Assembly (NCBI GenBank): GCA_963821525.1
Contig: CAWGED010000019.1
Location: 512,001 to 576,000 of the forward strand
Direction of reading: 5' to 3'
Source: an uncultured Gemmatimonadales bacterium
Lineage (GTDB): Bacteria > Gemmatimonadota > Gemmatimonadetes > Gemmatimonadales > GWC2-71-9
DNA length: 64,000 nucleotides
Part shown: positions 52,805 to 62,316 of the stretch, piece by piece
How the letters are laid out: every line of letters begins with the position of its first letter
Numbering within the stretch: position 1 is the first letter of the stretch
Notes under the pieces: generated by a model
What the model was told of the DNA's origin: nothing
Database searches by the model: none
The model's input: the letters and a program-made list of their open reading frames with translations, nothing else
Program-made: the position numbers and the translations under genes

Positions 52805-55450
52805 ATGAGTCCTGGAATGGAGCGACTCACCACAGCCCTCGCTGACCGCTACCGCATCGAGCGGGAGTTGGGCCATGGTGGCATGGCGACCGTGTACCTG
52901 GCCTATGACCTCCGGCACGATCGCAAGGTGGCAATCAAGGTTCTCCGTCCCGAGCTGGCAGCGCTGATCGGGGCCGACCGGTTCCTGGCCGAGATCAAGA
53001 CCACGGCCAACCTGCAGCATCCGCACATCCTGCCCCTGCATGACTCGGGAGAAGCGGGCTCCGCCCTCTTCTACGTGATGCCGTACGTCGAGGGTGAGTC
53101 GCTCCGCGACCGGCTCAACCGGGAGAAGCAGCTTCCTATTCCCGACGCGGTACGGATCGCCACCGAAATCGCGAGCGCGCTCGATTACGCCCATCGCCAC
53201 GGGGTGATCCACCGGGACATCAAGCCAGAGAACATCCTGCTGCACGACGGCACCGCCCTGGTCGCCGACTTCGGAATCGCGCTCGCGGCCAGCAAGGCAA
53301 GCGGCAGCCGGATGACCGAGACCGGGATGAGCCTCGGCACACCGCACTACATGAGTCCCGAGCAGGCGATGGGCGAGCGGGAGATCAACGCCCGCTCCGA
53401 TGTCTACGCCCTGGGCGCCGTCGCCTATGAAATGCTCACCGGAGACCCGCCCTTCACCGGCTCTACCGCTCAGGCCATCGTTGCCCGGGTCCTGACCGAG
53501 AGCCCGCGAAGTCTGACCGCCCAGCGCCATACCATCCCTGCCGCGGTCGAGAGTGCGGTGCTCACAGCGCTGGAGAAGCTGCCGGCGGACCGGTTTGGAT
53601 CCGCGGCCGAGTTTGCCGCGGCGTTCCGCGGCGAGGGGACCAGGGAACACCTGACCGAAAGGGCGGCACGGCACCTGCCCGCTGCGGGCCCCAGGTCCTC
53701 GCGGCTGCTGCGGATCGCGATGTTTGCCGCGGGACTGATCACGCTATTGATGGCGGGTTATTTCCTGGGTCACAAGAAAGTCCCATCCCGTCCGCTCCGC
53801 GCCAGCCTGCCCCCTCCACCGGGCTGCGAGTTTCAAGATGTAGGATCCACCAATCTGGTCCAGCTTTCTCCCGACGGCAGCATGTTGGCCTTCGTGGCTG
53901 CTTGCGGGGAGGAGGTCGGGTTATGGATCCGGAGCCTGGTGAGCGGAGACGTTCGGATGTTGGCCGGTACCACCGACGCCGCGTACCCATTCTGGGCGCC
54001 CGACGGTCGAAGCTTGGGCTTTTTCGCTCCCAACAAGCTCAAGCGGGTGGACCTGCAGAGCGGCGCGGTTCGAGACTTAGCCAGTCTCGTGGCCGGCAGA
54101 GGCGGAAGCTGGAGCCCGACCGGCGTCATTCTCTATACCCCGGACATCACGGGGCCGATCTACCGGATCCCGGCCGAAGGGGGAACCCCGGAGCCGGCTA
54201 CGGCCATCGCCGACGACTCGACCGGCATCACCCACCGGATACCCTACTTTCTTCCCGATGGGCGCAGCTTCCTCTTCACCCAGGGATTTCTCAATGGGAA
54301 CGAGGGGGCGCTACGAGTCGGCAAGCTGGGATCAACCGAGAGCCACATCGTGGCCGATTTTCCGAGCAATGTAGCCTATGCAGCAGGTCGGCTTCTATAC
54401 GTCAAGGACGGTTTGCTGATGGCGCAGCGCTTCGATGCCGGCAAGGCCAAGCTGAGCGGTAGTGCCGTCAGCCTGATTCCCGGGCTCGAGACCTGGCCAT
54501 TCCGGTACCTTGGGAACTTCTCGATCTCCTCGAGCGACTTGCTGGTCTACGAGCCGGCCCCCATCAACCGCGCGCGCGTAGTCTGGTTCGATCCGCGCTC
54601 GGGAGGTGTGGCGTCGGTTCTCGAGCCTGGGCCCTACCGTCTGGTCAGGGTCTCTCCGAAGGGTGACAGAATCCTGGTCGAGCGAGCCGAACGTGACAGC
54701 CCGCAGTTCGATCTCTGGGTATATGAGTCAGCCGGGCAGGCCTGGACCCGAGTGACTTCACATCCGGACCTGTACTACGACTTTGCCTGGTCGCCTGATG
54801 GTGCGCAGATCGGATATGGTGCCGCCAACGATTCCTCGGCGCACATCATCAGCCTCGACCGGACGATCTCGAGGGAAATCAACGTGAAGGGGAAGAATGT
54901 CCAGGCGATGATGGATTGGTCACCCGACGGGTCATTCCTGGTTGGACAGCGCCAGGTCGCGACGACTGGATTCGACCTTGTGATCATCCCCTTGAGCGGC
55001 AACTCTGAACCGCGGGTGCTCTATTCGACCCCCGGGAACGACAATGCGCCCCGCCTTTCTCCCGACGGGAAGCTGCTCGCCTACGTCTCGTCCCAGAGCG
55101 GGAGACCCGAGGTGTACGTGACCCGGATGCCGGATGCCAAGGCACACTGGCAAGTGTCTTCCGGAGGGAGCTCCATCCTGAGCGGATTTCGCGGTGCCCT
55201 GGCTTGGGGAAGGAGCGGACGAGAGCTTTACTTTCTGAACGCGGAGGGTCAGCTGATGTCGGCTATCATCACCGACCAGAATGGGTTACAGATCGGTCGG
55301 CCGGTTTCCTACCCAGCGGCGCCCAAGCATATCCTCACCTTCGATATCGGGCCGGACGGACGGTTGCTTCTGGTCTGCGATGACGCACCGGGCCAGATTC
55401 CGTTAGCCCTGGTCGAGCATTGGCCGGCCCTCCTCGAGCAGGCGCACTAG
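52805..55450 (+). CDS. Ser/Thr protein kinase 5: kinase + TM + PD40 propellers
   Basis: LGHGGMATV, HRDIKPEN and DFG; PFWAPDGRSLGFF and LSPDGKLLAYVS. Confidence 0.93.
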   Translation: MSPGMERLTTALADRYRIERELGHGGMATVYLAYDLRHDRKVAIKVLRPELAALIGADRFLAEIKTTANLQHPHILPLHDSGEAGSALFYVMPYVEGESLRDRLNREKQLPIPDAVRIATEIASALDYAHRHGVIHRDIKPENILLHDGTALVADFGIALAASKASGSRMTETGMSLGTPHYMSPEQAMGEREINARSDVYALGAVAYEMLTGDPPFTGSTAQAIVARVLTESPRSLTAQRHTIPAAVESAVLTALEKLPADRFGSAAEFAAAFRGEGTREHLTERAARHLPAAGPRSSRLLRIAMFAAGLITLLMAGYFLGHKKVPSRPLRASLPPPPGCEFQDVGSTNLVQLSPDGSMLAFVAACGEEVGLWIRSLVSGDVRMLAGTTDAAYPFWAPDGRSLGFFAPNKLKRVDLQSGAVRDLASLVAGRGGSWSPTGVILYTPDITGPIYRIPAEGGTPEPATAIADDSTGITHRIPYFLPDGRSFLFTQGFLNGNEGALRVGKLGSTESHIVADFPSNVAYAAGRLLYVKDGLLMAQRFDAGKAKLSGSAVSLIPGLETWPFRYLGNFSISSSDLLVYEPAPINRARVVWFDPRSGGVASVLEPGPYRLVRVSPKGDRILVERAERDSPQFDLWVYESAGQAWTRVTSHPDLYYDFAWSPDGAQIGYGAANDSSAHIISLDRTISREINVKGKNVQAMMDWSPDGSFLVGQRQVATTGFDLVIIPLSGNSEPRVLYSTPGNDNAPRLSPDGKLLAYVSSQSGRPEVYVTRMPDAKAHWQVSSGGSSILSGFRGALAWGRSGRELYFLNAEGQLMSAIITDQNGLQIGRPVSYPAAPKHILTFDIGPDGRLLLVCDDAPGQIPLALVEHWPALLEQAH

Positions 55451-55492
55451 CAACCGGCCGGCCTTGTTATTCGAGCAGCACGGAGTAGAACC

Positions 55493-55729
55493 GTGGCATA
55501 CCGTCGCTTTACCGATCCTGAAGGAAACGAGTGGGAAGTCCGCGATTTCTCGAAGACGGCCTGGGAATTCCACCCGGTGGCCGGAAACCCGGGCAAGATT
55601 ACCCGGATCGATCCGCCGGGCTATGAATCCGATCCCTTCGAGATGAGCGAAGAGGAGCTCCAGCGTTTGCTGGGGCGATCCGGGGGCACCGGCCCATCCC
55701 GTTCCACCAAATCGCCCTTCAAGGACTGA
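55493..55729 (+). CDS. Small hypothetical protein
   Basis: GGAG + GTG start; globular-looking sequence MAYRRFTDPEGNEWEV..EEELQRLL. Confidence 0.7.
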   Translation: MAYRRFTDPEGNEWEVRDFSKTAWEFHPVAGNPGKITRIDPPGYESDPFEMSEEELQRLLGRSGGTGPSRSTKSPFKD

Positions 55730-55768
55730 TCCTCATCTCTCGAACACGTTAGCGCAGGAGCAGCCTTC

Positions 55769-56056
55769 ATGTGCCGTAATATCAGAACGCTCTACCATTT
55801 CGATCCGCCGGTGACGACCGAGGAAGTCCGCGCGGCTTCGCTCCAGTTCGTCCGCAAGGTCAGCGGATTCACTAAGCCCTCCGCGGCGAACCAGGAGGCG
55901 TTTGACCGTGCGGTCCATGAGGTGTCGCACACCGTGCAGCACCTGCTGGATTCCCTGGTGACCACCGCACCTCCCAAGAACCGGGAAGCCGAGGCGGAGA
56001 AGCACCGGGCCCGATCCGCGAAGCGTTTCCCCGAGCGGCAGCAGAGGGTTGGGTAG
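55769..56056 (+). CDS. DUF2277 family protein
   Basis: MCRNIRTLYHFDPPVT.EEV.AASLQFVRKVSG signature. Confidence 0.9.
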   Translation: MCRNIRTLYHFDPPVTTEEVRAASLQFVRKVSGFTKPSAANQEAFDRAVHEVSHTVQHLLDSLVTTAPPKNREAEAEKHRARSAKRFPERQQRVG

Positions 56057-56095
56057 TTCCAAAACAGCGGGAACGGGAAGGAGAAGCAAGAGGGC

Positions 56096-56201
56096 CACCT
56101 CATCGCGAGGACACCCCGAGCAAAGCGAGGGAGATCGAGGGATCTACTCCATGGACCCGAGTGGGACAGTAGGTCCCACGCTACGCTCGGGATGAGGTGC
56201 T
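56096..56201. repeat. Second REP-like palindromic element
   Basis: Right arm TAGGTCCCACGCTACGCTCGGGATGAGGTGCT matches 41073-41104 at 30/32; left arm starts CACCTCATC and carries an internal insertion. Confidence 0.85.
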
Positions 56202-56277
56202 TACACCGGTGCATTCCGCAGTTCCCTTTACTGTCCCCAATCACGTTCTACATCACTTCCACTCACGGTCTGTCCGC

Positions 56278-57187
56278 ATGCTCCGACCTCTCCCTGTCTG
56301 CCTCGGCCTCCTGCTCCTCGCCGCGGCTCCGACCGCCCACGCTCAGGTAGGTGGCATCGTCAAGAAGGCCACCGGTCAAGTCACACAAAAGAAGACCGAC
56401 TCGACCTCTGCACCGGCGGCCAAGCCCAAGTGTGATCCTTCCTCTATAGTGATCACCAATGACGTCGTGGACCGTTATCTCAAATCCCTCTCGGCGCGGG
56501 AGGCGGCGTTCCAGAAGCTGGCCAAGGAGCCGGGAACCACCGGTCAGCTACTACTCTGCCATTCTCAAGCGCCAGGCGATCCAGAAACGGAAGGATGAGT
56601 TCGAGCAGCAGCAGGGGCCGGACTTCGCCAAGTACGAGGCAATCCAGAAGCGGCTCGCGGCAGGAGATACGACCGCCGTTCAGGACCAGGTCGCCTTGTT
56701 CGCGTCGATGGACGCGAGTTCGGTGCCGCTTCCCCAGCTCGACTGGCAGTCTCAGCAGAACGCGAGCGCTACCATGGACAGCACCATGCGTACGGCCGGC
56801 GCGTTTAGTCCCTGTGACTGGCAAGACGTCGGCGAGCGTATGCCGCGCCTGGTCCAGATCCTCGCACAGGACCCCAATGCGACCAACTTTCAGGGCTACG
56901 GAACCTCGAAAGAAGCCGCAGCAGTGCAACCCAAGGTTCCCCAGCTGGCTTCCCTGCTCCACATCAGCCTCGCCTCAGAGGAGCGCGCCAAGAAGCAGGC
57001 GCCAGCCGCTGCGACCCAACCGGCCTCGAGCGGAGACCCTCAGATGGATTGCATGGCCAAGGCCCAGGCCGACTGGTCAAAGAAGCATCAGGCCGAGTTG
57101 GAGGCCGCCTCCAAGGCTCAGGACATGAACACCATCATGAAGCTGAACAGTGAGCTTCAGACCGAGATGGCGAAGTGTTCGCAGTAG
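56278..57187 (+). CDS. Secreted hypothetical helical protein; frameshift near 56545
   Basis: Signal peptide ending AHA-Q in ORF 56197-56598, continuing in ORF 56459-57187. Confidence 0.7.
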
Positions 57188-58080
57188 CGGGAAGGGCACG
57201 CTTCGCTGCGCTACTCACCGTTCTCGTGGGCGGCACGGGCTCCCCTGCCCCGCCGCTTGCGGTAGTTAGTCCGAATGGATCCACCGCGCTGGCGGAGATT
57301 TCGAGGGGCGACGCCGCACGCGATGCGACATGGAAAGCGGCGCAACCCGGTCTCGAGTGGACCGAGCTCAACCTGAGTGGCCGAGGAGAGGCCCGTCGAA
57401 TCCGGGTGATCGCGGCACGACTCGACCCGGCTCGCTTCAGGCTGTCGCTCGAGAACGGGATGGCACCCGGCGGATTTCTCAATGTCTGGACCCTGGACAT
57501 GGCTCCGTCAGGGGCGGCGCTCGCGCTCAATGCTGGGATGTTTGCGGGTGATGGGGCCTGGGGGTGGGTGGTGCATGACGGTACCGAGTACCGAGTACCG
57601 CGTACGGGCCGGTTGGCTCGCGCGGTCGTGGTCGACACGTCGGGGGCGGTGAGGTTGTTGGATGATGAGGGAGTCAGGGCGGTCAGGGCGGACAGGGCGG
57701 TCAGGGAGGCCTTCCAGTCCTACCCTCTCCTGCTCGAGCACGGCGAACTCCCCGCTGCGCTCACTACCCAGGGGAAAGACCTCGATCTGCAGCATCGCGA
57801 CGCGCGCCTCGCGCTCGGAGTCGACGATCGCGGCAGGCTCATCATCGCCTTGACCCGGTTTGATGTTCTGGGCCCCTCGTTCGGCTCGATCCCATTCGGG
57901 TTAACCATTCCAGAGACCGCGATTCTCATGCGCGCTCTGGGAGCAGAATCGGCCGTGGCCCTCGACGGCGGCATCTCAGCGCAGTTACTGCTTCGCGATG
58001 CCGCTGGCGAGACTCACCAGTGGCCGGGCCTGCGTTCTGTGCCCCTTGGGCTGAGTGCGGTCCCGGTGGAGAACCAGTAG
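57175..58080 (+). CDS. Phosphodiester glycosidase (NAGPA-like) family protein
   Basis: ALNAGMF, RDARLALG and AVALDGGISAQL. Confidence 0.82.
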   Translation: MFAVAGRARFAALLTVLVGGTGSPAPPLAVVSPNGSTALAEISRGDAARDATWKAAQPGLEWTELNLSGRGEARRIRVIAARLDPARFRLSLENGMAPGGFLNVWTLDMAPSGAALALNAGMFAGDGAWGWVVHDGTEYRVPRTGRLARAVVVDTSGAVRLLDDEGVRAVRADRAVREAFQSYPLLLEHGELPAALTTQGKDLDLQHRDARLALGVDDRGRLIIALTRFDVLGPSFGSIPFGLTIPETAILMRALGAESAVALDGGISAQLLLRDAAGETHQWPGLRSVPLGLSAVPVENQ

Positions 58081-58098
58081 ATCCTACCTCTACTGCAG

Positions 58099-59213
58099 TC
58101 ACGCCGTATAAGGAAACCGTCGCTTGAGCCGATTGATCGGCGCCTCATACCAGTGCCACGACATCGCCGCCAGGGCGATGGAGATTGTGCTGAAAACCAG
58201 GAAAATCCCCGGATTACGAGTCGGATAGGGGAGTCCTGCGGGGCTGGTCAGCCGATACAACAGGTCGGGCACGAAGAGGTGGATCAGGTACACACCGTAG
58301 CTGATGCGTCCTAGATAGACCAGTGGTCTGAAGCTGAGTATCCGACCCGCCGTGCCGCCGACACCGCGGGCCGCACGGTCGATCACCCAAACTCCGAGGA
58401 ATGCCCAGGCGGTTGTTTCGAACCCGAGCCGCAGCCAATCGGCTCGGGGCCACCAGCCAGTCGCACCACTGAACCAGGTTACCAGGGCCACCGGAATGGC
58501 CAGGAGCGCCACCCGGTCCACCTGTCCTCGATATCGACAGAGTTTCAGCTGAAGGTCGGGTGTAAATCCAGGCCAACCAGGCGCCCGCACCGAGGCTGTC
58601 GAAGGAAGCCGGTAACAGGGTCTGCAAGGCGATCCAGTTGAGTCCACCAAGGTATCCAGCCATTCGGAACAGCGGGCCGGTGAGTACGAAGGCAAGCGAT
58701 CACCGTTCGGAGGTGGCGACGAGGGACCAGCAGCATCAGGAGTGGCCAGATCAGGTAGAACTGTTCTTCGACGCTCAAGGACCAGAGATGTGCGGTCGTC
58801 GGAGGCCACTGATTCTCGATCGCGAAAAGAATGTTGGAACCGTACGCCAGGTGCCAAACGATCCCCGATCGGACATCGGGGAAGCCCAGGGCCCAGGTTA
58901 CGGCGAGAACGAGATAATAGATCGGGAAGATGCGGAGGAATCGTCTGATGTAGAACCGTCGGATGGCGAGGCCGGTTCCACGCCCAGAGTCTTCGACCAG
59001 CGCGCGGGAGCGGAGCAGGATACCGGTGATCAGAAACCCGCTCAGGACAAAGAACAGGTGGACCCCGCGAGCGCCCAGATCCAAGCCTGGCTGCAGCTCG
59101 GGCCAGAAATGGCGAATCAGGACCGCGGTGACGGCGAAGGCGCGCAGTGTATCGAGCTGATCGAGGTGCTCGCCGCTGCCCTCGCCCAGCGCACCGAGCG
59201 GGGTGACCGACAC
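58099..59213 (-). CDS. Acyltransferase family 3 (OafA-like) membrane protein; frameshifts near 58690 and 58545
   Basis: LDTLRAFAV, GVHLFFVLSGFLI, RRFLRIFP, WSLSVEEQFY and GRISYGVYLIH. Confidence 0.9.
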
Positions 59214-59367
59214 TTGGAAGCTTCCTTTATGAATGGGGGCCGAGTCCGGGCTGCAGGTGCTCGCTGCCGACCTGCCGGGGGATTACGTTAGCGTTCCACC
59301 GCCAGCGCCAATTTCTCAGATCTCAGGCTTAGGGCAAGGCCTGACGCTTCAGGACCAGGGGGATTCC

Positions 59368-61392
59368 ATGTTCCGTCGGATTGTCGGCTGCCTCTGGATC
59401 GCGACTCTAACCGTCGCACCGGCCGCCGCGCAGCAGCCATTTACCCTCGAGCATTTTCGGAAGTTCGTGGGCGTGGGCGGGGTGGAGCTGAGTCCCGATG
59501 GCCGGACCGCGGTGATCACCGTAGGCCGCCCCAACTATGATGCGGACAAGAACGAGACCGACCTCTATGCGGTGGACGTCGCCACCGGCACTCAGCGGCA
59601 GCTAACCTTCGGCCGCCACACCGCCGGCGGAGGCAAGTTCGCGCCCGACGGGAAGACTCTGGCTTTCCTCGCTCCAGACAGCACGGGAGAGAACCAGATC
59701 TGGCTGCTCCCGATGAATGGAGGCGAGGCGCGGCGACTCACGGCGCATCGTACCGGGGTGGAGCACTTCAGCTGGCGGCCCGATAGCCGCGCGATCGCCT
59801 ACGCGGCGGCGGACAGCGTACCGGCGCGGGAGGGCGAAGCGAAGCATCTCACCACCTTCCAAGTCGGCGCCCAGGATCTGTTCCTGAGGGAAAACATCCA
59901 GTCCCAGCATATCTGGCTGGTCAACACCGACAGCGCGACTCCCCGGCGCCTTACCAGCGGCACCTGGTCGCTCGAGTTCGTGCTGCCGCCGAGCAGTCCG
60001 CCGTCGGCGCTCAACTGGTCACCCGACGGGAGCGAGATTGCGTTCGTCGCGGTGGTAGCTCCGGAAAGCGGCAAGCTCGATTCGGTTCACGTTCAAATCC
60101 TGAATGTGGCGACCGGCGCTATCCGCTCTCTCACCGAAGCGCGCCGGTTCGAGAACAATCCGGTTTTCTCACCGGACGGCTCGACCATCGCGTATTGGTA
60201 CCCGCGCGAAGGGCGCGGAGACCTGGTCTGGGAGAATGAGGTCTGGGTGGCGCCCGCCAAGGGGGGAGCAGGGCGGAGCCTGACTCGCACGCTCGACCGA
60301 AATCTGTTCGGCGCGCAGTGGATGCCCGACGGGAAATCGCTGCTGATCGCGGGGAATGATCGCACCAGCGTCGGTGCGTGGATTCAGCCGCTCGACGGGC
60401 CGGCGCGCCGTCTCGACCTGGGCGATCTCGTGATCAACGGCGCCTTCGGTTACGACATCGCCGTCGCGGAGAAGAGTCCGGTCATCGCCTTTACCGCGAC
60501 CGCGCCCAACCGTCCCTCGGAGTTGTATGTAATGGATTCGCCGACCGCGAAGCCGCGGCGGCTGACCGATTTCAATGCCTGGGCCAAGGACGTTGCGTGG
60601 GGCGGAATGGAGCGAGTCACCTGGAAGTCTGACGCCTTCGAGTCGGACGGCGTCCTGGTATTGCCGCCGGGATATTCCAAGTCAAAGCAATATCCTCTCG
60701 TACTGCTGGTTCACGGTGGGCCGCAGTCGGCGTCCAAGCTGCAGTTCTCCGCCCTCGCTCAACTGATGGCGGCGCAGGGCTGGGTCGTGTTCCAGCCCAA
60801 CTACCGCGGCAGCGACAACCTCGGCAACGAGTACATGGGCGCCATCGTCGGCGACGCCGGTGCGGGTCCTGGACGGGACGTCATGGCCGGCGTCGCCATG
60901 CTGCGGAAACGATCCTACGTAGATCCCAAGCGCACTGCGGTCACCGGCTGGTCCTACGGTGGCTACATGACCAGTTGGCTGATCTCCAACTACCCGGAGG
61001 AATGGCAGGCCGCGATGGCCGGGGCGCCCGTCACCAGCTGGGAAGACCAGTACAACTACGGCGACGGGAGCATCACGGTCCGCTATCTGTTCGGCGGCTC
61101 ACCTTGGACGGATGGTCGGATCCAGGCGTACCGGGATCAGTCACCCATCACGTACGCGACGAAGATCAAGACTCCCACCCTCGTCATGTCCAACATGGAA
61201 GACTTCCGGGTTCCGCCGACCCAGGCCTTCATGCTGTATCGCGCGATGAAGGACAATGGAGTCGAGACCGAGTTCATCGGGTTCAGAGGAAGGACCCACG
61301 CCTCGGCCGACCCGGTCAACTCCAGAGAGCGGGCTCGGCTCTGGGTGGACTGGGTGAAGCGGCATCTGCCGGGGACGAGTACCGTCCCGTAG
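59368..61392 (+). CDS. Secreted S9 family (acylaminoacyl/dipeptidyl) peptidase
   Basis: Signal peptide, propeller domain, VHGGP, NYRGS, GWSYGG, EDFRVP and the catalytic His in GRTH. Confidence 0.95.
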   Translation: MFRRIVGCLWIATLTVAPAAAQQPFTLEHFRKFVGVGGVELSPDGRTAVITVGRPNYDADKNETDLYAVDVATGTQRQLTFGRHTAGGGKFAPDGKTLAFLAPDSTGENQIWLLPMNGGEARRLTAHRTGVEHFSWRPDSRAIAYAAADSVPAREGEAKHLTTFQVGAQDLFLRENIQSQHIWLVNTDSATPRRLTSGTWSLEFVLPPSSPPSALNWSPDGSEIAFVAVVAPESGKLDSVHVQILNVATGAIRSLTEARRFENNPVFSPDGSTIAYWYPREGRGDLVWENEVWVAPAKGGAGRSLTRTLDRNLFGAQWMPDGKSLLIAGNDRTSVGAWIQPLDGPARRLDLGDLVINGAFGYDIAVAEKSPVIAFTATAPNRPSELYVMDSPTAKPRRLTDFNAWAKDVAWGGMERVTWKSDAFESDGVLVLPPGYSKSKQYPLVLLVHGGPQSASKLQFSALAQLMAAQGWVVFQPNYRGSDNLGNEYMGAIVGDAGAGPGRDVMAGVAMLRKRSYVDPKRTAVTGWSYGGYMTSWLISNYPEEWQAAMAGAPVTSWEDQYNYGDGSITVRYLFGGSPWTDGRIQAYRDQSPITYATKIKTPTLVMSNMEDFRVPPTQAFMLYRAMKDNGVETEFIGFRGRTHASADPVNSRERARLWVDWVKRHLPGTSTVP

Positions 61393-61524
61393 GGCCAGAC
61401 CAGACCTGTGTCCGAAGCTTCGCAGCGCCTGGCGTAGGAGATCCTGAAGAATCTCCGGCGGCAGACGCCAGCTTTGTAAGCCGTCGCATCCTCGCTGGAC
61501 CAACCAACCTCCGAGAGGCTTTCA

Positions 61525-62001
61525 ATGGCCGTGCTTCGATCTGCTTTGCCTACCACTATGGTGGCCGTAATCGCGGTGGCTCTAGGCTGCGGCAGCGACA
61601 GCTCCACCGAGCCCGCCGACCCCGTCGCCGTCGCGCGCACCCAGACCTACGACCGCATCAACCAGCTCCGGGCCCTCGTCGCGCTCCCGCCCCTCACGGT
61701 GTGGACCGGCGGAGAAGACTGCGCCGATGGACAAGCCTTTGCCGATTACACGGCGGACACGCCGCACAGCACGTTCGGTCAGTGTGGAGAATCGGCCCAG
61801 AACGAATGTCCGGGCTGGCTCGCGATCTCCCAGATTCCGACCGACTGCTTGCAGGCGATGTGGGATGAAGGGCCGGGAAGCGATCCCCAGACCCACGGGC
61901 ACTACATTAACTTGACCAACACCTCCTACCACCAGGTTGCGGTCGGATTCTACGTATCGCCGACCAACGTCGTCTGGGCGACGATGAACTTCGCGCCGTG
62001 A
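61525..62001 (+). CDS. CAP/SCP-domain lipoprotein
   Basis: Lipobox ALGC; INQLRA..LPPL and GHYINL....HQVAVGF. Confidence 0.8.
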   Translation: MAVLRSALPTTMVAVIAVALGCGSDSSTEPADPVAVARTQTYDRINQLRALVALPPLTVWTGGEDCADGQAFADYTADTPHSTFGQCGESAQNECPGWLAISQIPTDCLQAMWDEGPGSDPQTHGHYINLTNTSYHQVAVGFYVSPTNVVWATMNFAP

Positions 62002-62120
62002 GCGCAGCTGGCGTTACCTCTCGTTCAGCGTAGGACCTCCTGGGAACTCCCTCGGCAGTGTTCCGGTCGAAGCGGGACCGCTTCCCTGGGCACTGACAGG
62101 CGTGAATTGATCCATCGCCT

Positions 62121-62176
62121 CCCTCGGCGCTCTCTGACCGATACCGGATCGAGAGGGAGCTGGCTCAGGTATGGCA
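62121..62176 (+). pseudogene. Second orphan kinase 5' stub
   Basis: Reads PSALSDRYRIERELAQ and then degenerates; about 140 nt upstream of the kinase-6 start. Confidence 0.7.
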
Positions 62177-62316
62177 TCCCGGTCCGTCGCTAAAGCGAGA
62201 CTGGCTATTGTCGCTCAAGCCACATGATTTGGGACACAGGAGTCACTTCAGTGACACCAGCCGAGTCGCGGCTTCAGCCGCGGACCGGCTGCTGGGCTCC
62301 AACCACCCGGAGCGCG

